A program made the position numbers and the translations under genes. Of a DNA stretch of 64,000 nucleotides, positions 54,311 through 62,356 are shown one piece after another (position 1 is the first letter of the stretch; each line of letters starts with the position of its first letter). Source of the DNA: Candidatus Omnitrophota bacterium (GTDB lineage: Bacteria; Omnitrophota; Gorgyraeia; JABMRN01; RBG-13-46-9); assembly GCA_016782425.1 (NCBI GenBank), contig JADHYN010000004.1, positions 9,632 to 73,631 of the forward strand, written 5' to 3'. The notes under the pieces are model-generated. The model was not told the DNA's origin. It was given only the letters and a program-made list of their open reading frames with translations, and ran no database searches.

Positions 54311-55486
54311 TCGCTTCTTCCTATATGGCAATCCCCAGAGTTCGATAAAACCTTTTGCCAGGGACTGGTCGAATTTGTCGCCCTTGCCATAGGTTGCAAG
54401 TTCTTCCTTATAAAGTGAATTCGGCGATTTTCTGCCGACCGCACTTGCTGTGCCCTTTAAGAGTTTCACATTCACAACGCCCTCTACGTTTCTTTGTGTA
54501 TGCTCTACGAATTTATCCAGTGCCTCCTTAAGGGGCGTATACCATAAGCCGTCATAGATGAGCCTCGAATATCTGAGGCTCACTATGTCTTTGAAGTAAA
54601 GGGTTTCCCTATCCAGCACCAGGCTTTCAAGCGCCTTGTGTGCTTCCAGAAGAATTTTGGCAGCTGGTGCCTCGTATACCTCTCTTGACTTGATTCCGAC
54701 CAGCCTATCTTCGATAAGGTCGGATCTGCCGATAGAATACCTGCCGCCTATTTCATTAAGCTTTTTTATAAGCGCTATTGCATTGAGTGTCTTGCCGTTT
54801 AGTTTTTTCGGAACCCCCTTTTTGAAATATATTTTTAAATAGCACGCCTTGTTGGGCGACTTTTCAATTGGCTTTGTAATCTGGAACACATCTTCCTTCG
54901 GCTCAAACCACGGGTCCTCTAGCTTGCCGCTTTCTATGCTTATGCCCCAGAGATTCTTGTCTAAGCTATAAGGCTTCTTTTTCGTAACATCTATGGGAAT
55001 TTTGTGAACCTTGGCGTATCTTATCTCGGCTTCCCTGGTCGGGAGATCCCACTCCCTTACAGGCGCTATCACCTTGAGTTTGGAATCCAAAGCGCCTATC
55101 GAAACCTCAAATCTTACCTGGTCATTACCCTTGCCTGTTGAGCCGTGAGCGACAAGCTTGGCGCCTTCGGTGTGAGCCACCTCTACAAGCTTCTTTGCAA
55201 TAAGAGGTCTTGAAAGGGCTGTCGCGAGGAGATACTTTGACTCGTAGACAGCGTTGGCCTTCAAGCTCGGCCAGATAAAATCCTCTACGAATTCCTTCTT
55301 CAAATTGCCTACTATGACCTTCGCTGCACCGGCTTTATGGGCTCTTTTCTTGGCAACTTGGAAATCCTGCCCCTGTCCTACGTCGGCCAAGAAGCATACA
55401 ACGCTAAAGCCTTTTTCTTTAAGCCATCTGACAGAGACCGATGTATCCAACCCTCCTGAATATGCCAGTATTATTTTTTTAGCCAT
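54308..55486 (-). CDS. argG: argininosuccinate synthase
   Basis: AYSGGLDTS and GSTGKGNDQVRFE motifs. Confidence 0.95.
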   Translation of the reverse strand: MAKKIILAYSGGLDTSVSVRWLKEKGFSVVCFLADVGQGQDFQVAKKRAHKAGAAKVIVGNLKKEFVEDFIWPSLKANAVYESKYLLATALSRPLIAKKLVEVAHTEGAKLVAHGSTGKGNDQVRFEVSIGALDSKLKVIAPVREWDLPTREAEIRYAKVHKIPIDVTKKKPYSLDKNLWGISIESGKLEDPWFEPKEDVFQITKPIEKSPNKACYLKIYFKKGVPKKLNGKTLNAIALIKKLNEIGGRYSIGRSDLIEDRLVGIKSREVYEAPAAKILLEAHKALESLVLDRETLYFKDIVSLRYSRLIYDGLWYTPLKEALDKFVEHTQRNVEGVVNVKLLKGTASAVGRKSPNSLYKEELATYGKGDKFDQSLAKGFIELWGLPYRKKR

Positions 55487-55490
55487 TTAT

Positions 55491-56414
55491 TTATCCTCCC
55501 AAGAGCATTAATAATATCGCCTTCTGAACATGGAGCCTGTTTTCCGCTTGCTCGTAAACAATTGAATTATCGCTATCTAACACGTTATCGGCAATCTCTT
55601 CTCCTCTATGCGCCGGCAGGCAATGCATGATTAACGCACCTTTTTTGGCGCACGAAACCAGTTCCTCGTTTACTTGGAACCCCTTAAATAACTCCGTTCT
55701 CTTTTGTTTTTCGGATTCCTGGCCCATACTCACCCAGACATCCGTGTAAATGACATCAGCTCTATCAACGCATTTTTTGGGATCATTTACGATTTCTATG
55801 ACCGATTTATTCGCTTCCGCGTATTTTTTTGCCTCTTTTAGTATTTCGCCGTTGGGTTCGCAACCCTTTGGCGTGGCAACACATATATCCCTTCCCAGAA
55901 TACCGCATCCTAAAAGAAGCGAATGTAGAACATTGTTCCCATCCCCTACAAACGATATCTTGACCTTTTTGTTTCCGAATTTTTCTTCAACGGTAAAAAG
56001 ATCGCTTAACCCCTGACACGGATGCAGTAAATCGCTTAACCCGTTTATGACCGGGAGCCACGAAAATTTGCTCATATCTACGACATTCTGGTGTTTAAAA
56101 GTTCTTGCGACGATACCGTCCACGTATCTTCCGAGGACCCTCGCAATGTCTTTAACCGATTCTCTGACGCCAAGTTTAAGTTCATCCGGTCCGAGATATA
56201 TGGCCTTTCCCCCGAGTTGAAACATGCCGACCTCGAACGAAACCCTCGTCCTATTCGATGGTTTCTGAAAAACAAGAGCGAGAGACTTTCCTTTTAAGCT
56301 GTTATATTTGGCTAACGGCTTTTTCTTCAATACTTTCGTTGTGCTAAAAAGTTTCGAGATTTGCGCCTTCGTTAAGTCCTTTATCGATATTAAATCTTTT
56401 TTATGATACTTCAT
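55491..56414 (-). CDS. argF: ornithine carbamoyltransferase
   Basis: SNRTRVSFE, HPCQGLSD and HCLPAHRGEE. Start set at ATG 56414, overlapping the argD stop (ATGA). Confidence 0.9.
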   Translation of the reverse strand: MKYHKKDLISIKDLTKAQISKLFSTTKVLKKKPLAKYNSLKGKSLALVFQKPSNRTRVSFEVGMFQLGGKAIYLGPDELKLGVRESVKDIARVLGRYVDGIVARTFKHQNVVDMSKFSWLPVINGLSDLLHPCQGLSDLFTVEEKFGNKKVKISFVGDGNNVLHSLLLGCGILGRDICVATPKGCEPNGEILKEAKKYAEANKSVIEIVNDPKKCVDRADVIYTDVWVSMGQESEKQKRTELFKGFQVNEELVSCAKKGALIMHCLPAHRGEEIADNVLDSDNSIVYEQAENRLHVQKAILLMLLGG

Positions 56415-57592
56415 ATGTTCTTTAACACTCCGTCCAGTATCGCTAGAGCCCTGTCGATCTCGCCTTTTGTAACCGTAAGAGGGGGCATTATTCTCAACAC
56501 ATTTTTCTGAGTACAGTTTATCAAGAGCCCTTTTTCTAAACACCTTTTATATATTGATTCTCCGTCTATCGCGAGCTCAACGCCGATGGTTAAGGCGCTA
56601 CCCCTTATCTCTTTTATGATTTCATATTTCTTTTTGAGACCCCTAAGTTTCTTCACGAGGTACTTGCCCTGTTTTACGGCATTTTCTAAAAGATTTTTCT
56701 TTTCAATTGCTTCAAAAACACCCAGCGCCCCAGCGCACACGATCGGGCTTCCGCCAAACGTCGAGGCGTGAGAGCCCGGTGTTAACACGCCTTCAAATTT
56801 GGAACTCGCGACTATCGCTCCTATCGGAAGTCCACCCCCGAGAGACTTTGCCAGCGTCATGACGTCCGGCGATATCGCATAGTTTTGATAACAGAACATC
56901 TTTCCGGTTCTACCCATGCCAGTCTGGACCTCATCAATAATAAGAACTATGTCTTCCTTATCGCATATTTCTCTTACTTTTTCTATATATTCAGTCCTTG
57001 CAATATTTATGCCGCCTTCGCATTGAATAAGCTCAAGCAAGAGAGCAGCAGTTTTTGTGTTTACGGTTTTCTCCAAAGCCTCTATGTCGCCGAAGGGGAT
57101 ATGGACAAATCCTTCCGGTAGCGGCTCAAAACCGTGTTTGACCTTATCCTGGCCTGTCGCAGCGATCATGGCGAGGGTTCTGCCGTGAAAAGACTTTGCC
57201 ATCGTTATGACTTCAAACCTTCCCTTTTCGTGGCCGTATTTCCTTGCAAGCTTAACCGCTCCCTCGTTGGCCTCGGCTCCCGAGTTGCAGAAGAAAACCT
57301 TTCCGGGAAAGGCATGTTCTATAATCTTCTTTGCAAGCACACCCTGAAGGGCGCTGTAATAATTGTTAGAAACGTGCAGGAGTTTTTTAGCCTGCTTGGA
57401 GATTGCCTTTGTAACCTCCGGGTGACAATGTCCTATACCGCTTACGGCCCACCCGGGAAAGAAATCGAGATATTTCTTCCCGTCGATATCCTCGACAAGA
57501 GCGCCTTTCGCCTTTTCTAAACATAACGGCAGCCTTGTGTAGGTCTTCATTACATACTCGTCATATAATTTTACTACGTCTTTGGTTGTCAT
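56411..57592 (-). CDS. argD: acetylornithine aminotransferase
   Basis: Class III aminotransferase: FCNSGAEANEGA, DEVQTGMGRTG and LAKSLGGG. Confidence 0.9.
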   Translation of the reverse strand: MTTKDVVKLYDEYVMKTYTRLPLCLEKAKGALVEDIDGKKYLDFFPGWAVSGIGHCHPEVTKAISKQAKKLLHVSNNYYSALQGVLAKKIIEHAFPGKVFFCNSGAEANEGAVKLARKYGHEKGRFEVITMAKSFHGRTLAMIAATGQDKVKHGFEPLPEGFVHIPFGDIEALEKTVNTKTAALLLELIQCEGGINIARTEYIEKVREICDKEDIVLIIDEVQTGMGRTGKMFCYQNYAISPDVMTLAKSLGGGLPIGAIVASSKFEGVLTPGSHASTFGGSPIVCAGALGVFEAIEKKNLLENAVKQGKYLVKKLRGLKKKYEIIKEIRGSALTIGVELAIDGESIYKRCLEKGLLINCTQKNVLRIMPPLTVTKGEIDRALAILDGVLKNI

Positions 57593-58479
57593 AAGCCTTC
57601 GGTTGCTTTCGTTTTTCTGCCCAATTTTATTATTTCGGTTCCTATTCCTTTATCTGTAAATATCTCGAGAAGTAAAGCGTGCGGTATATGACTATCAATT
57701 ATGTGCGATTTTCTTACCTTGCCCTCCAACGCCTTCGTGCACGCGTTCGTCTTCGGAATCATGCCTTCCGATATAATCTTTTTCTGCAACAACGTATCCA
57801 CATCGGCGAGGCTAAGCGAGCCATATAACGTGTCGAGATTCTCCTTTTCCTTCATTATACCTCTTACATTAGTAAGCACAAAAAGTTTCTCAGCCCGGAG
57901 CGCTATAGCAATCCTGCTTGCTGCTTCGTCTGCGTTTACGTTGTAAATCTCACCATCGCCTCCTGTGGCAACAGGTGAAACTACCGGAATAATATTCGTC
58001 TCTATCAGTCTTTCGAGAACCGTCGTATCTACATTCTCTACGGTTCCCGCAAAGCCTATATCTTCTTTTTTATGCTCTATTTTCTTTGCCAGAAGCAATT
58101 TATTTTCTTTGCCGCTCAAGCCAAATGCCTCTGCGCCCATCTTTTTGATTTCTTCAACAAGTATTCCGTTTAATTCCGTAAGGGCGTTATCCACTATTTC
58201 CATTGTCTTTTTGTCCGTTACTCTCAGGCCATCTATGAATCTGGGTTTTTTTCTCGCTTCCTTCATCTTCTCGCTTATGAACGGGCCGCCGCCGTGTACT
58301 AAAACCGGGTTCATCCCGGCGTAATTGAGGAAAACTATATCCTCGAGCACGCTGCGTCTTGCGTTTTCATTGGATAAGGCGGACCCGCCGAATTTAATTA
58401 CGAATATTTTATTGAAAAACTTTTTTATATAAGGCAGCGCCTCTATTAAAACATTACTCTTTTTTATCGCTTCTTCCAT
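57589..58479 (-). CDS. argB: acetylglutamate kinase
   Basis: LIEALPYIKKF..FVIKFGGSAL. The canonical N-terminus starts at ATG 58479. An alternative ATG at 58533 overlaps the argJ stop (ATGA) and would add 18 aa encoded by the palindromic repeat. Confidence 0.9.
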   Translation of the reverse strand: MEEAIKKSNVLIEALPYIKKFFNKIFVIKFGGSALSNENARRSVLEDIVFLNYAGMNPVLVHGGGPFISEKMKEARKKPRFIDGLRVTDKKTMEIVDNALTELNGILVEEIKKMGAEAFGLSGKENKLLLAKKIEHKKEDIGFAGTVENVDTTVLERLIETNIIPVVSPVATGGDGEIYNVNADEAASRIAIALRAEKLFVLTNVRGIMKEKENLDTLYGSLSLADVDTLLQKKIISEGMIPKTNACTKALEGKVRKSHIIDSHIPHALLLEIFTDKGIGTEIIKLGRKTKATEGL

Positions 58480-58483
58480 TGTT

Positions 58484-58528
58484 TTTTCCGCCCGAGGCGG
58501 ATCCGCCTTTGGCGGAGATTTTTGATTT
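58484..58528. repeat. GC-rich double palindrome element, copy 2
   Basis: ttttttCCGCCcgaGGCGGatCCGCCtttGGCGGagatttttgattt. The core is identical to 13262-13301. Confidence 0.85.
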
Positions 58529-58529
58529 T

Positions 58530-59723
58530 TCATGTCATATAGTGCGAATTTATTTCGACATAGCGCTTCGATAAATCGCACGTCCAGATTCTGGCATCCT
58601 TCTTGCCAGAATTCAGATTTACTGCTATTTCAACATTTTTTCTTTTATATATTTTGTAAAACTTCTCCTTTGAGGGCATGGTGAATTTCCCGCCTTTAAA
58701 AACACAAATACCGTCTAAGTAAATTTCGAACTTATTCTGTTTTATTCCCTCTGCGCCGCTTGAGCCGACCGTGGCAGCAACCCTTCCCCAGTTAGGGTTT
58801 TCGCCGTGTATGCTCGTCTTGACAAGACACGAATTCGCTACGGATCTGGCTACTCTATATGCATCCCTGGTTCTTTTGGCATTTTCGACATAAACGGACA
58901 CGAATTTTGTCGCTCCTTCGCCGTCTTCGACTATATTCTTGGCCAATTTAAAAGTCACGTTCTTTAAAGCCTTCGAGAACGCCTTATACTCTTTTGTCTT
59001 TCTCTTTATCGTCATGTTGTTCGCAAGACCGTTAGCCAAAAGGATAACCGTATCATTCGTACTCATGTCGCCGTCAATACTTATGGAATTAAAGGATCTG
59101 TCGCAGGCCTCTTTGAGGGCCACTTTAAGAGCGTCCTTATCTATCTTCGCGTCCGTTACTATGAAAGAAAGCATTGTCGCCATGTTCGGATGTATCATAC
59201 CCGCGCCTTTTACTATCCCGCTTATCGTGGCTTCCTTTCTGCCGATTTTAAATTTCTCGATCCCGACTTTGATCTTCTTATCGGTAGTCAATATGGCACT
59301 TGCTGCGCTTTTTAATCCCTTCTCGGAAAGGCTCTTCACCAGCTTGGGAATACCTTCTTCTATGAGATCTATGGGAAGCCTCTTGCCGATTATGCCGGTT
59401 GAGGAGACCTGCACATTGTTAAATTTCAGCTTCAGATTATCGCATACACCGCTTATCATTCTCTTGGCATCCCTTACCCCGTACCAGCCGGTGCAGCAAT
59501 TGGCGTTTCCGCTATTTATAATTATTGCCCTGATGGGTTTGCCTTTTTTTAAGATCGATTTTGAAACGATCAAAGGCGCAGCCCTAACCTTATTTTTTGT
59601 AAAAATTCCGACTGCCTTGCAGCCTGCCTTCGAATATATAAGGGCCAGGTCTTTTTTAAACCTTTTTATGCCGCAGTGTACACCGCTTGCCAGGAAACCC
59701 TTTGGTAGTATATATTTTCCCAT
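58530..59723 (-). CDS. argJ: bifunctional glutamate N-acetyltransferase / amino-acid acetyltransferase
   Basis: NSGNANCCTG and the autoprocessing site PNMATMLSF. Start set at ATG 59723 behind GGAGGT. Confidence 0.9.
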   Translation of the reverse strand: MGKYILPKGFLASGVHCGIKRFKKDLALIYSKAGCKAVGIFTKNKVRAAPLIVSKSILKKGKPIRAIIINSGNANCCTGWYGVRDAKRMISGVCDNLKLKFNNVQVSSTGIIGKRLPIDLIEEGIPKLVKSLSEKGLKSAASAILTTDKKIKVGIEKFKIGRKEATISGIVKGAGMIHPNMATMLSFIVTDAKIDKDALKVALKEACDRSFNSISIDGDMSTNDTVILLANGLANNMTIKRKTKEYKAFSKALKNVTFKLAKNIVEDGEGATKFVSVYVENAKRTRDAYRVARSVANSCLVKTSIHGENPNWGRVAATVGSSGAEGIKQNKFEIYLDGICVFKGGKFTMPSKEKFYKIYKRKNVEIAVNLNSGKKDARIWTCDLSKRYVEINSHYMT

Positions 59724-59807
59724 TTTCGTACCTCCACATGCTTCCGCATGTGGCATCCTTTGTAGTTCGCACATTCCCCACAGGAAGTACGGGGTGTCTT
59801 ATACCTG

Positions 59808-60824
59808 CTACAACAACCCTTCCGTTTCTTCTAACCCGTACATTATGTTCATGTTTTGTACAGCCTGGCCTGCTGCGCCCTTTAATAGATTATCTATACA
59901 GCTTACTACAACTACTTTGTTACCGGTTACTTTAGTCCCGATGTTGCAGAAATTTGTGTATCTTACATCTTTTATTTCCGGAAGCGTGCCTTCATCCATA
60001 ACTCTTACAAACGGCTTGTCCTTGTAAAAATTTTTGTAAACCTGTGTAATCTCTACTATATTAAATTCCTCATTCAAATCCATATAAACCGTTGAAAGAA
60101 TTCCTCTGTTCATGGGAATAAGGTGCGGCACAAATAGAACGTCGACGCCTTTTCTACCGGAAAGCTTGCCTAGCACCATGTTGATCTCGGGCTTATGCTG
60201 ATGCTCGTTGATTTTATATGCTTTAAGATTTTCGTTTACCTCCGCGTGCGAGAGCGCAATGGTCGCTTTTCTGCCGGCGCCCGTAGTGCCGCTTTTTGAA
60301 TCTATGATGATTGTATTTAAATTCACCGCACCTTTTTTAACCAAAGGCATCGTAGCAAGTAGCGCACTCGTCGGGTAACAGCCGGGATTTGCGATTAATT
60401 TGGCACCTTTTATTTTATTCCCGTAAAGCTCTGGCATACCGTATACAGCCTTTCTGATGTTCGCAATGTCTTTATGTTTTATGCCATACCATCTTTCGTA
60501 TTCACCGACTTCCAGTCTATAATCGGCGCTTAAATCGATAACCTTTTTTCCCGCTTCAACGAGCTTCGGCGCTACCGTCATGGAAACCGTATGCGGAAGT
60601 GCAAGAAAAAAGAGATCCGCCTTCTTTATCGCATCCTTAAGACTAGGTTTCTTGCAGACAAGATCAATTTTTTCCGCAAGTGACGGAAAAATATCCGATA
60701 TCGGCAATTCTTCTTCCACTATTGCCTGCAAAACGGCTATTTTAACGTCTTTATGTCCTGCCAGGATTTTTACAAGTTCTTCGCCAGTGTATCCGGTCGC
60801 TCCGATTATACCTACCTTTATCAC
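59808..60824 (-). CDS. argC: N-acetyl-gamma-glutamyl-phosphate reductase
   Basis: KVGIIGATGYTGEEL and the active-site GCYPTS. GTG start behind GGGAGG. Confidence 0.95.
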   Translation of the reverse strand: MIKVGIIGATGYTGEELVKILAGHKDVKIAVLQAIVEEELPISDIFPSLAEKIDLVCKKPSLKDAIKKADLFFLALPHTVSMTVAPKLVEAGKKVIDLSADYRLEVGEYERWYGIKHKDIANIRKAVYGMPELYGNKIKGAKLIANPGCYPTSALLATMPLVKKGAVNLNTIIIDSKSGTTGAGRKATIALSHAEVNENLKAYKINEHQHKPEINMVLGKLSGRKGVDVLFVPHLIPMNRGILSTVYMDLNEEFNIVEITQVYKNFYKDKPFVRVMDEGTLPEIKDVRYTNFCNIGTKVTGNKVVVVSCIDNLLKGAAGQAVQNMNIMYGLEETEGLL

Positions 60825-60991
60825 ATCTTCCTCCCTTCAATGAGCACGCAACTTATGGAACGAAGTGAACATAAGTTGCTGTGCGAATTGAACCCTTGAC
60901 ATTTTCGGAAATCTTCATATGGGAAATGTCAAGGGTATAATTCGACCACATAGTTTACGTCTGCCACCGGGCAGTCGTAAACTATGGCCTC
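60825..60991 (-). repeat. three-hairpin intergenic element, copy E5 (ORF-deleted derivative of E4; 5' leader of the arg operon)
   Basis: Hairpin A 60845-60883, hairpin B arms 60884-60902 / 60927-60945, hairpin C 60949-60986. It retains ATG AAG plus the last 19 codons of the GIY-YIG ORF in frame. Confidence 0.85.
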
Positions 60992-61020
60992 AGTATAGAC
61001 AAAAAAACCCACCCTGTCAA
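60992..61020 (-). promoter_or_regulatory. sigma70-type promoter of the arg operon, abutting element E5
   Basis: Minus strand reads TTGACA-17 nt (GGGTGGGTTTTTTTGTC)-TATACT. Confidence 0.55.
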
Positions 61021-61049
61021 TATATTTTCTCGTCGAGAAATGTCACAGG
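61001..61049 (-). terminator. possible intrinsic terminator after rpsI, overlapping the arg promoter
   Basis: Minus strand reads CCTGTgACA-TTTCTcgacgAGAAA-atatatTGACAGG-GTGGG-TTTTTTT. The stem is interrupted and AU-rich, so the call is weak. Confidence 0.3.
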
Positions 61050-61097
61050 ATAGGTTTAGCCTCTACACCAATAAATTGGTGTGGGATGTATATTATA

Positions 61098-61532
61098 TTA
61101 GCGCTTGGAGTATTGAAATCTTTTTCTTGCGCGTTTTCTTCCGTATTTCTTCCTCTCTTTGGCCCTGGGGTCTCTGGTGAGGAACCCCGCTTTCTTTATT
61201 GCCGATTTCTGGTTCTCATCGAACTTGACAATTGCCCTTGAAATTCCGTGTTTAAGAGCCTGCGCCTGTCCGCTGATGCCGCCCCCGTTTAGAGTAGCGG
61301 CAATATCAAGCTTATTTTCGAGCTTCACCGTCTTGATCGGCTGGTTTATGATTAGCCTGTGAGATTCCCGCGGAAAATAATCCTCGAGCGAGCGTTTATT
61401 TACGCGGATCTTACCTGATCCCTCGCGTAAAAAAACGCGAGCTATAGACTTTTTCCGACGACCGACCGTCAGGATAAAATCTGCCTTGGTTTGCGTTTTC
61501 GTCTTTTGCTCTCTTTTCTGTTCGGCTACCAT
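61098..61532 (-). CDS. rpsI: 30S ribosomal protein S9
   Basis: The C-terminus GFLTRDPRAKERKKYGRKRARKRFQYSKR is diagnostic. Confidence 0.95.
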   Translation of the reverse strand: MVAEQKREQKTKTQTKADFILTVGRRKKSIARVFLREGSGKIRVNKRSLEDYFPRESHRLIINQPIKTVKLENKLDIAATLNGGGISGQAQALKHGISRAIVKFDENQKSAIKKAGFLTRDPRAKERKKYGRKRARKRFQYSKR

Positions 61533-61568
61533 TATTCTTCTTCCTTATAACTTAAGGCTTACGGCTTA
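61533..61568 (-). repeat. TAAGNNN heptad array beginning at the rplM stop codon
   Basis: Minus strand reads TAAGCCG TAAGCCT TAAGTTA TAAGGAA GAAGAATA ATG(rpsI). Confidence 0.85.
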
Positions 61569-61994
61569 CAGCTTTATCTCCTTGGGTACCTGCGCTGTAT
61601 GGGGATGCTTGCCCCCTGCATAAACCTTTAATCTTTTTATCATTCTCCTGCCGAGTTTGTTCTTCGGGAGCATCCCGCTTACAGCGTGTCTTAATACCTC
61701 GTGCGGTCTCCTCTTAAGAAGGTGTTCCATGGGTTCGAGTTTGAGGCCGCCAGGGTAGCCGGAAAATCTTTTATATTGCTTCTCCTGGAGCTTTTTGCCG
61801 GTAACCCTTATTTTTTCAGAGTTTATGACAACTACGCCGTCCCCCAAATCCACGTGTGGCGAATACTCAGGTTTGTGTTTTCCTTTAAGTAGCGACGCTA
61901 TTTTTGTAGCGAGCCTGCCCAATATTTTATCCCTGGCATCTACGAGATACCAGGCGTGTTTTACGTCGGCTTTCTTTACATGTGTGGTCTTCAT
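61566..61994 (-). CDS. rplM: 50S ribosomal protein L13
   Basis: [28 protein letters not shown]. Start set at ATG 61994 behind GAGG. Confidence 0.95.
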   Translation of the reverse strand: MKTTHVKKADVKHAWYLVDARDKILGRLATKIASLLKGKHKPEYSPHVDLGDGVVVINSEKIRVTGKKLQEKQYKRFSGYPGGLKLEPMEHLLKRRPHEVLRHAVSGMLPKNKLGRRMIKRLKVYAGGKHPHTAQVPKEIKL

Positions 61995-62017
61995 ATAGAA
62001 CCTCAATTAGACCCGTA

Positions 62018-62046
62018 AATTTATCATATTCCCGTCGTATTGTCAA
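62018..62046 (-). promoter_or_regulatory. sigma70-type promoter of rplM-rpsI
   Basis: Minus strand reads TTGACA-17 nt-TAAATT, about 24 nt upstream of the L13 start. Confidence 0.5.
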
Positions 62047-62055
62047 GCTAAACTT

Positions 62056-62097
62056 AGAGGTCTCTGAAAAACTCCTAATTTTAGGTCAGAGATTTCT
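62056..62097 (-). promoter_or_regulatory. promoter-upstream inverted-repeat module, copy 2
   Basis: Minus strand reads AGAAATCTCTGAcctaaaattaggagtttttCAGAGACCTCT and ends 9 nt before TTGACA. It matches 26355-26397. Confidence 0.7.
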
Positions 62098-62230
62098 CAT
62101 ATTGTAGACTTTCTCAGAAATCTCATTTAACAGCTTGTAAATTGGCAAAAAGTGAGGAATTCTTTTCACAATATTTCCAGATGAGCCTTAAGGAAGGGAG
62201 TATACTTGCTAATATAGTGGGGGATAGTGT

Positions 62231-62356
62231 TTACTTCTTTTTAATCTTTCTTTCCACCACACGATGTATGAGTAGGAATATGAGGTAAATAATAACTATT
62301 TCCGATATTACGAATATCCAGCCGAATTTCGCATCAGCGAGAATGGTGAAGTCCAC
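62231..62356 (-). CDS. 41-aa single-TM peptide, possible small subunit of the adjacent NSS transporter (MetS-like)
   Basis: Own translation gives (GTG)MDFTILADAKFGWIFVISEIVIIYLIFLLIHRVVERKIKKK*. AAGGAG lies 8 nt upstream of the GTG. It overlaps the transporter 3' end by 23 nt and is below the ORF-track length cutoff. Confidence 0.45.
   Translation of the reverse strand: MDFTILADAKFGWIFVISEIVIIYLIFLLIHRVVERKIKKK

Noticed and set aside
58939-60027. 362-aa plus-strand ORF, together with other long plus-strand ORFs (29648-30301, 45042-45647, 32008-32601, 51183-51812, 6497-6967, 10639-11127).
   Set aside because: All lie antisense to well-supported conserved genes (argJ/argC, smc, nadX/nadA, etfA, dapF, rpoD, mtaB). 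Their Ser/Leu/Phe-rich, low-complexity products are what the antisense of Lys/Glu-rich genes gives, and none has an SD or a recognisable domain.
60884-60945. TTGACAT in hairpin B acting as the -35 box of an internal promoter.
   Set aside because: No acceptable -10 hexamer lies 16-18 nt downstream on the minus strand in copies E4 and E5. In E3 the only candidate is TCAATT. The plus-strand TATAAT in E5 (60935-60940) lacks a -35 box and is not conserved in other copies.
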